DNA of 13,089 nucleotides from Octopus sinensis (lineage: Eukaryota): the NCBI RefSeq assembly GCF_006345805.1, contig NW_021826335.1:1-13089 (forward strand), given 5' to 3'. Below, piece after piece: positions 8,768 to 13,089 of the stretch. Made by a program: the position numbers and the translations under genes. Numbering within the stretch: the first letter of the stretch is position 1; every line of letters starts with the position of its first letter. The notes beneath the pieces were generated by a model that saw only the letters and a list, made by a program, of their open reading frames with translations, was not told the DNA's origin and made no database searches.

Positions 8768-8987
8768 ATTTCTTTACTACCCACAAGGGGCTAAACACAG
8801 AGAAGACAAACAAGGACAGACAGACGGATTAAGTCGATTATATCGACCCCAGTGCGTAACTGGTACTTATTTAATCGACCCCGAAAGGATGAAAGGCAAA
8901 GTCGACCTCGGCGGAATTTGAACTCAGAACGTAGCGGCAGACGAAATGCGGCTACGCATTTCGCCCGGCGTGCTAACGTTTCAGCCA
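8768..8987 (-). mobile_element. tRNA-derived SINE, family B, near full length
   Basis: Minus strand has A-box-like GGCTGAAACGTTAGC, a perfect 9-bp stem CGAAATGCG/CGCATTTCG (8942-8963), B-box GAGTTCAAATTCC (8913-8925), and a central GGTCGACTTTGCCTTTCATCCTTTCGGGGTCGATTAAATAAGTACC motif of the type shared among metazoan SINE superfamilies. It is inserted in a (CAC)n tract. Confidence 0.85.
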
Positions 8988-9317
8988 CCACTACCACTAT
9001 TACTACTACTATTACTATTACTACCTCCTCCCTGACCACCAACACAAATAAAACCACCCCTCCCCCACCCCGTCCTCATTACCACCACTACGAATACCAA
9101 CTACCACTAATACCAACGCCAAAACTATCGCCGTCACCATCACCACTACATAATCGCAACTACCACTACCAGCACCAGCATCTACCACCCACCCCCACCA
9201 CTACCAGCACGAATAACAACACCTATCAAATATCACTAAATCACTAAAATTGCAGTATTTATTCTTGTTTGTCGACTGCAATTGTATAGAATAGAGTTTG
9301 CAAAAGAAGTATCTAGT

Positions 9318-9369
<52 letters not shown>

Positions 9370-9498
9370 TGTTGTTGTTGTTGTTGTTGTTGTTGTAGTA
9401 GTAGTAGTAGTAGTTGTTGTTGTTGTTGTTGTTGTTGTTGTAGTAGTAGTAGTAGTAGTTGTTGTTGTTGTTGTTGTAGTTGTAGTAGTAGTAGTAGC

Positions 9499-9552
<54 letters not shown>
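9318..9552. repeat. Compound (TAG)n/(TTG)n trinucleotide array
   Basis: Block pattern (AGT)17 (TGT)9 (AGT)6 (TGT)9 (AGT)6 (TGT)6 and then mostly (AGT)n. Confidence 0.97.
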
Positions 9553-9564
9553 CGAGGGGGAACT

Positions 9565-9635
9565 TGGCCCCCAGATCAACCCTGATAGAGTAGAACTGTG
9601 ATCAAAGTCTATCCAGCCATAATCACTCCGTCCCC
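9565..9635 (-). mobile_element. Possible diverged retroposon 3' fragment abutting the (CTA/CAA)n tail
   Basis: GCCCCCAGATCAACCCTGAT...TGATCAAAG...TCCAGCCAT resembles a recalled octopus repeat end. Its minus strand is weakly similar to 6546-6580. Not verified. Confidence 0.3.
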
Positions 9636-9664
9636 ATCTCTCTGCAGGTAACCTACGGCTATAT

Positions 9665-9700
<36 letters not shown>

Positions 9701-9704
<4 letters not shown>

Positions 9705-9845
9705 ATCCAAACATGAACAAAGAGAAAATACAACAACGCGAGGACGTGGAACAAGTATAGTGTTATTGGACGCTCAGGAAAAGAAAGAAAGAAGGAGGAT
9801 TTAACGTTTCGAGCGAAGCTCTTCGTCAGAAATATAGGAAAAAGA
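9701..9845 (-). mobile_element. Probable Penelope-like element terminal (pLTR) fragment
   Basis: The minus strand has a hammerhead-type core, then a pyrimidine-rich stretch, and ends in (TA)n (9668-9700). Minimal hammerheads in pLTRs are an established feature of Penelope-like elements. No RT or GIY-YIG sequence is in the window. Confidence 0.45.
9799..9833 (-). ncRNA. Candidate minimal type I hammerhead ribozyme (Penelope-type)
   Basis: Minus strand: AUUU-CUGACGA-A-GAGC(UUC)GCUC-GAA-ACGU-U-AAAU. Helix I AUUU/AAAU, 4-bp helix II, palindromic helix III ACGU, triplet GUU. Confidence 0.5.
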
Positions 9846-10888
9846 TGTATGTAGAAATACAATGACGTCAGGGCTACAACGGTGGGTGGAGTGACCGGGA
9901 GTTTTGTCTGGACATATCGACAGAAGAATTGATAGAATAATGGACAGGATCACGGAAGGAGTACTCGGAGTATAAAGGTCAACTGATGACTCGATAAACA
10001 GTCAACTGATAGACCAACCGATAGAGAAAGGAATATGAGGAATGGAATGAGGTGTGGGGGGAGGTATAATTGGACGGACAGACAGACATACAGACGGACG
10101 GACAGACAGATATACAGACGGACTTGGAGGTGGGGTGTCTAAGTTGGTGGAGCTGAGCTGATAGGGTTGTGAGGTAGTGTGGGGCCACACGGTGGGGTGC
10201 CTAGATGACGTGATAGTTGGGTTGCAGTGTGGTTAAGCGGTAGGATGGCTTGATGGTGGAGTGACCAGGTGGTGGTGGTGGGGTGGCTATGTGTTAGGGT
10301 TCTTAGGTGAATGGGGATGGCCGGGTGGTATGGTGTCTTTCTGGCGGGGTGGCTAAATAGTGGGGCGACTAGGTGAGGTGGCGGTGGCGGTGTCGGAGCT
10401 AGGTTGGCGGTGCGATGGTCAGGCAACGGGAGTTTGGTGATGGGGTTAGTTTAGCGGTGGAGGTGGTGGAGTAGTCCTAGTAGTGGGGGTGTAGGTGGCG
10501 GGATAGAGGCAAAGTAGCGGTGTGCCACACGTTACTATCCATAGGAAACAGTTAATAATAGAGGGGGGGGAGTAGGAGACAAAAGTGGATAGGGTGTATG
10601 TGTGGGGGAAAACTGGGAGGTTGGTTCTAAAGTTAATTATACAAACCATACAAACTTTTATTGTCAAACACACGCATCCACAATGAGCCAAACATCATGT
10701 GTCCACAATACACACACTCGCACGCACACGCACATACGCACACACAACACAAACATCTGCACTCATAATATATATATACACACACGAATAGACACGCACG
10801 CACGAACACACACACACACATGCACACCAATATACACACGCACACACACACAGGTCAGAGAACAAGTGAAAGTATTTAAGCATAATAC

Positions 10889-11790
10889 GTGGTGGTGGTG
10901 GTGGTGGTGGTGGTGGTAGTGGTGGTGGTGATGGTGAAGGTGGTGGTTGTGGTGGCGGTGGCGGGGATGGTAGTAATAATGATGGTAACGGCGGTGTTTG
11001 CGATGTGTGATAGTGGTGGTGGTAGTGGTGGTCGTGGTAGTGGTGGTCGTGGTGGTGGTGATGGTGAAGGTGGTGGTTGTGGTGGCGGTGGCGGGGCTGG
11101 TAGTAATAATGATGGTAACGGGGTCGGTTTGCGATGTGTGATAGTGGTGGTGGTAGTGGTGGTGGTGGTGGTAGTGGTGGTCGTGGTGGTGGTGATGGTT
11201 GAAGGGGGTGGTTGGTGGTGGCGGTGGCGTGGCGGGGATTGTAGTTAATAATGATGGTAACGGCGGTGTTTGCGATGTGTGATAGTGGGGTGGTGGTGGT
11301 AGTGTGTGGTGGTAGTGGTGGTCGTGGTGGTGGTGATGGTGAAGGTGGTGGTTGTGGTGGCGGTGGCGGGGATGGTAGTAATAATGATGGTAACGGCGGT
11401 GTTTGCGATGTGTGATAGTGGTGGTGGTGGTGGTGGTGGTGGTGGTGGGTGGTGGTGAAGGTGGTGGTTGTGGTTGGCGGTGGCGGGGATGGTAGTAATA
11501 ATGATGGTAACGGCGTGTTTGCGATGTGTGATAGTGGTGGTGGTGGTTGGTGGTGGTGGTGGGGTGGTGGTGAAGGTGGTGGTTGTTGGTGGCGGTGGCG
11601 GGGATGGTGGTAGTATAATGATGGTAACGGCGGTGTTTGCGATGTGTGTGTTGTGATAGTGGTGGTGGTGGTGGTGGTGGTGGTGAAGGTGGTGGTTGTG
11701 GTGGCGGTGGCGGGGATGGTAGTAATAATGATGGTAACGGCGGTGTTTGCGATGTGTGATAGTGGTGGTGGTGGTGGTGGTGGTGGTGGT
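10889..11790. repeat. Seven-copy GGT-rich minisatellite, unit 110-141 bp
   Basis: Marker TTTGCGATGTGTG occurs at 10997, 11128, 11269, 11402, 11518, 11636 and 11746. Length variation comes from the (GGT)n linker. Confidence 0.95.
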
Positions 11791-11944
11791 GGTAGTTTGG
11801 GGAGGTGATACTAATGATAATAGAGGTGGTCATAGTGCTGGTGGCGATAATGGTCATGGTAGTGGTGGAAGTGGTGGCTATGGTAGTAGTTGCGGCGGCA
11901 GCGGTAGTGACAGCTCAAGAATAACGCGTCCAAAACAACTTTCA

Positions 11945-12059
11945 ATGCTTTGGTCGGCTCGAGGAGAAGACATTCGCCCAAGGTGTCATGCAGTGGGACT
12001 GAGTCCAGAACCATGTCACTAGGAAGCAAGGTTCTTGCTACACAGCCGCGTCTGCGTCT
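11945..12059 (-). mobile_element. SINE family A copy retaining the 5' tRNA-like head
   Basis: TGCTTTGGTCGGCTCGAGG[deletion]AGAAGACATTCGCCCAAGGTGTCATGCAGTGGGACTGAG aligns with the other copies. The minus-strand head AGACGCAGACGCGGCTGTGTAGCAAG has an A-box-like segment. Confidence 0.8.
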
Positions 12060-12061
12060 AT

Positions 12062-12093
<32 letters not shown>

Positions 12094-12153
12094 GTGTGTA
12101 TATATATATATAGTAAAGAGTATATATATATTATTATATATATATATGTATAT

Positions 12154-12415
12154 ATCAACAATCAAGGAACGGCCATAATAGGCCATTCACCCACTAGAAA
12201 TAACAGCCAAAAGCTTCAACCGCAAATAAAGATCAATTCCGTAAACAGGAGAAAATTTAAAAAAACATTTACCCTGTAATTACAGGGTAAATGTTTTTTT
12301 AAATTTTTTTTTAAATTTTCTCTGTTTACGGAATTGATCTTTATTTGCGGTTGAAGCTTTTGGCTGTTATTCTAGTGGGTGAATGGCCTATTATGGCCGT
12401 TCCTTGATTGTTGAT
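12154..12415. repeat. 262-bp spacer-less inverted repeat
   Basis: Arms 12154-12279 (126 nt) and 12280-12415 (136 nt), centred on CCCTGTAA|TTACAGGG. No substitutions; the arms differ by two 1-nt indels and one 12-nt T9-AAA duplication. Confidence 0.97.
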
Positions 12416-12558
12416 GTTGAACTTAAAAATGGTCTATGACTATTAATTTTTTCCACTGGGCCGCTGGTGGCAAAAAGAATTCTACAAAATTTTTTTTCAC
12501 CACCCTATATTGATTAATTTATATGTATATATATATATATGATATGTATATATATGTA

Positions 12559-12589
<31 letters not shown>

Positions 12590-12645
12590 CTCTTTACTCT
12601 TTTACTTGATCAGTCATTTGACTGCGGCCATGCTAGAGCACCACC
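12590..12645 (-). mobile_element. SINE 3' tail fragment with short tandem terminal repeat
   Basis: The minus strand ends ...CAAGTAAAAGAGTAAAGAG, a tandem-repeat tail typical of LINE-mobilised retroposons. Similar to 2315-2350. Confidence 0.55.
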
Positions 12646-12794
12646 CGCAAGGTCATGCGCTGTTTATCTTGATATGACATCACTATGCCGCGCACATATG
12701 ATTATGATGCATGTGCCTGGTGTACCCTTATCAGACGGACTCCGTTTATTTGTACCCCCGTGTCACTTTGATAGCATGCATTGCTCTCTGACTC

Positions 12795-12861
<67 letters not shown>
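12643..12861 (+). mobile_element. Probable LINE 3' UTR fragment ending in (AAT)~22
   Basis: About 150 nt of complex sequence ends abruptly in a pure (AAT)n tract (12795-12861), the usual non-LTR tail geometry. It resembles a recalled octopus repeat. Clade not determinable. Confidence 0.45.
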
Positions 12862-13089
12862 GATGGGCTACAGCAAATATTCTGCTCCACAGATTTGCTT
12901 GTCAGTTGTTTGACCTTAACCAGTTGAGCATGTCCCTCAGTGGCTGACGATATGTGCATCTCTAATCACGAGCAGAAGTAGTGGGGGAGCATCATAGCCA
13001 TGTGTTGAGAGGGATTCTTTGGGGTTTGAATAGTTCACCTCTGGAAACATGGGTGGTTCTTTCAACATCCTTAAACAACCCTTATTCAG
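12862..13089 (+). mobile_element. Probable further LINE-derived fragment running off the window
   Basis: Complex sequence starts immediately after the (AAT)n tail. It is recalled as the upstream part of the same repeat family and cannot be confirmed within the window. Confidence 0.3.

Noticed and set aside
8913-8987. tRNA gene
   Set aside because: It has A/B-box-like motifs but no acceptor stem or cloverleaf, and it continues into a SINE body.
9863-9870. Perfect CRE palindrome TGACGTCA
   Set aside because: A single 8-mer without supporting context is plausible by chance in 13 kb.
9978-10010. CTGATGA...AAACAGTC between two GTCAACTGAT 10-mers as another hammerhead
   Set aside because: No helix II, no G12-A13-A14 and no helix I pairing.
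12268-12291. Partial resemblance of TTACCCTGT to the I-SceI site
   Set aside because: Only 9 of 18 bases match, and the symmetry is explained by the palindrome centre.
971-12959. Long ORFs in the six-frame track (poly-His, poly-Asp, YI/CV/MYVC, Gly-, Thr- and Pro-rich)
   Set aside because: They coincide with di-, tri- and tetranucleotide repeats that lack stops in several frames at once. No domain, splice-supported structure or complex sequence supports them.

Overview
Repeat-saturated, non-coding eukaryotic DNA. The SINE families and microsatellite load point to an octopus-like coleoid cephalopod; this is inferred from recalled family motifs, not from a database search. No protein-coding gene is supported, and essentially all track ORFs are translations of microsatellites. 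Identifiable elements: a complete short non-autonomous Helitron (95-491) and a second Helitron 3' end; four copies of one tRNA/CORE-like SINE plus two probable 3'-tail fragments; one copy of a second tRNA-derived SINE; probable LINE 3' ends with an (AAT)n tail; three higher-order minisatellites built from GGT/CAC triplets; and a 262-bp spacer-less palindrome. The most notable signals are two candidate type I hammerhead ribozymes. One at 508-554 (+) has all three helices, a GUC cleavage triplet and a compensatory U3:A8 core pair. One at 9799-9833 (-) is a minimal Penelope-type motif with a palindromic helix III. Degenerate hammerhead-like relics lie at 743-796 and 2738-2773. A YY1/ETS promoter-like motif cluster sits in a unique island at 8313-8383.
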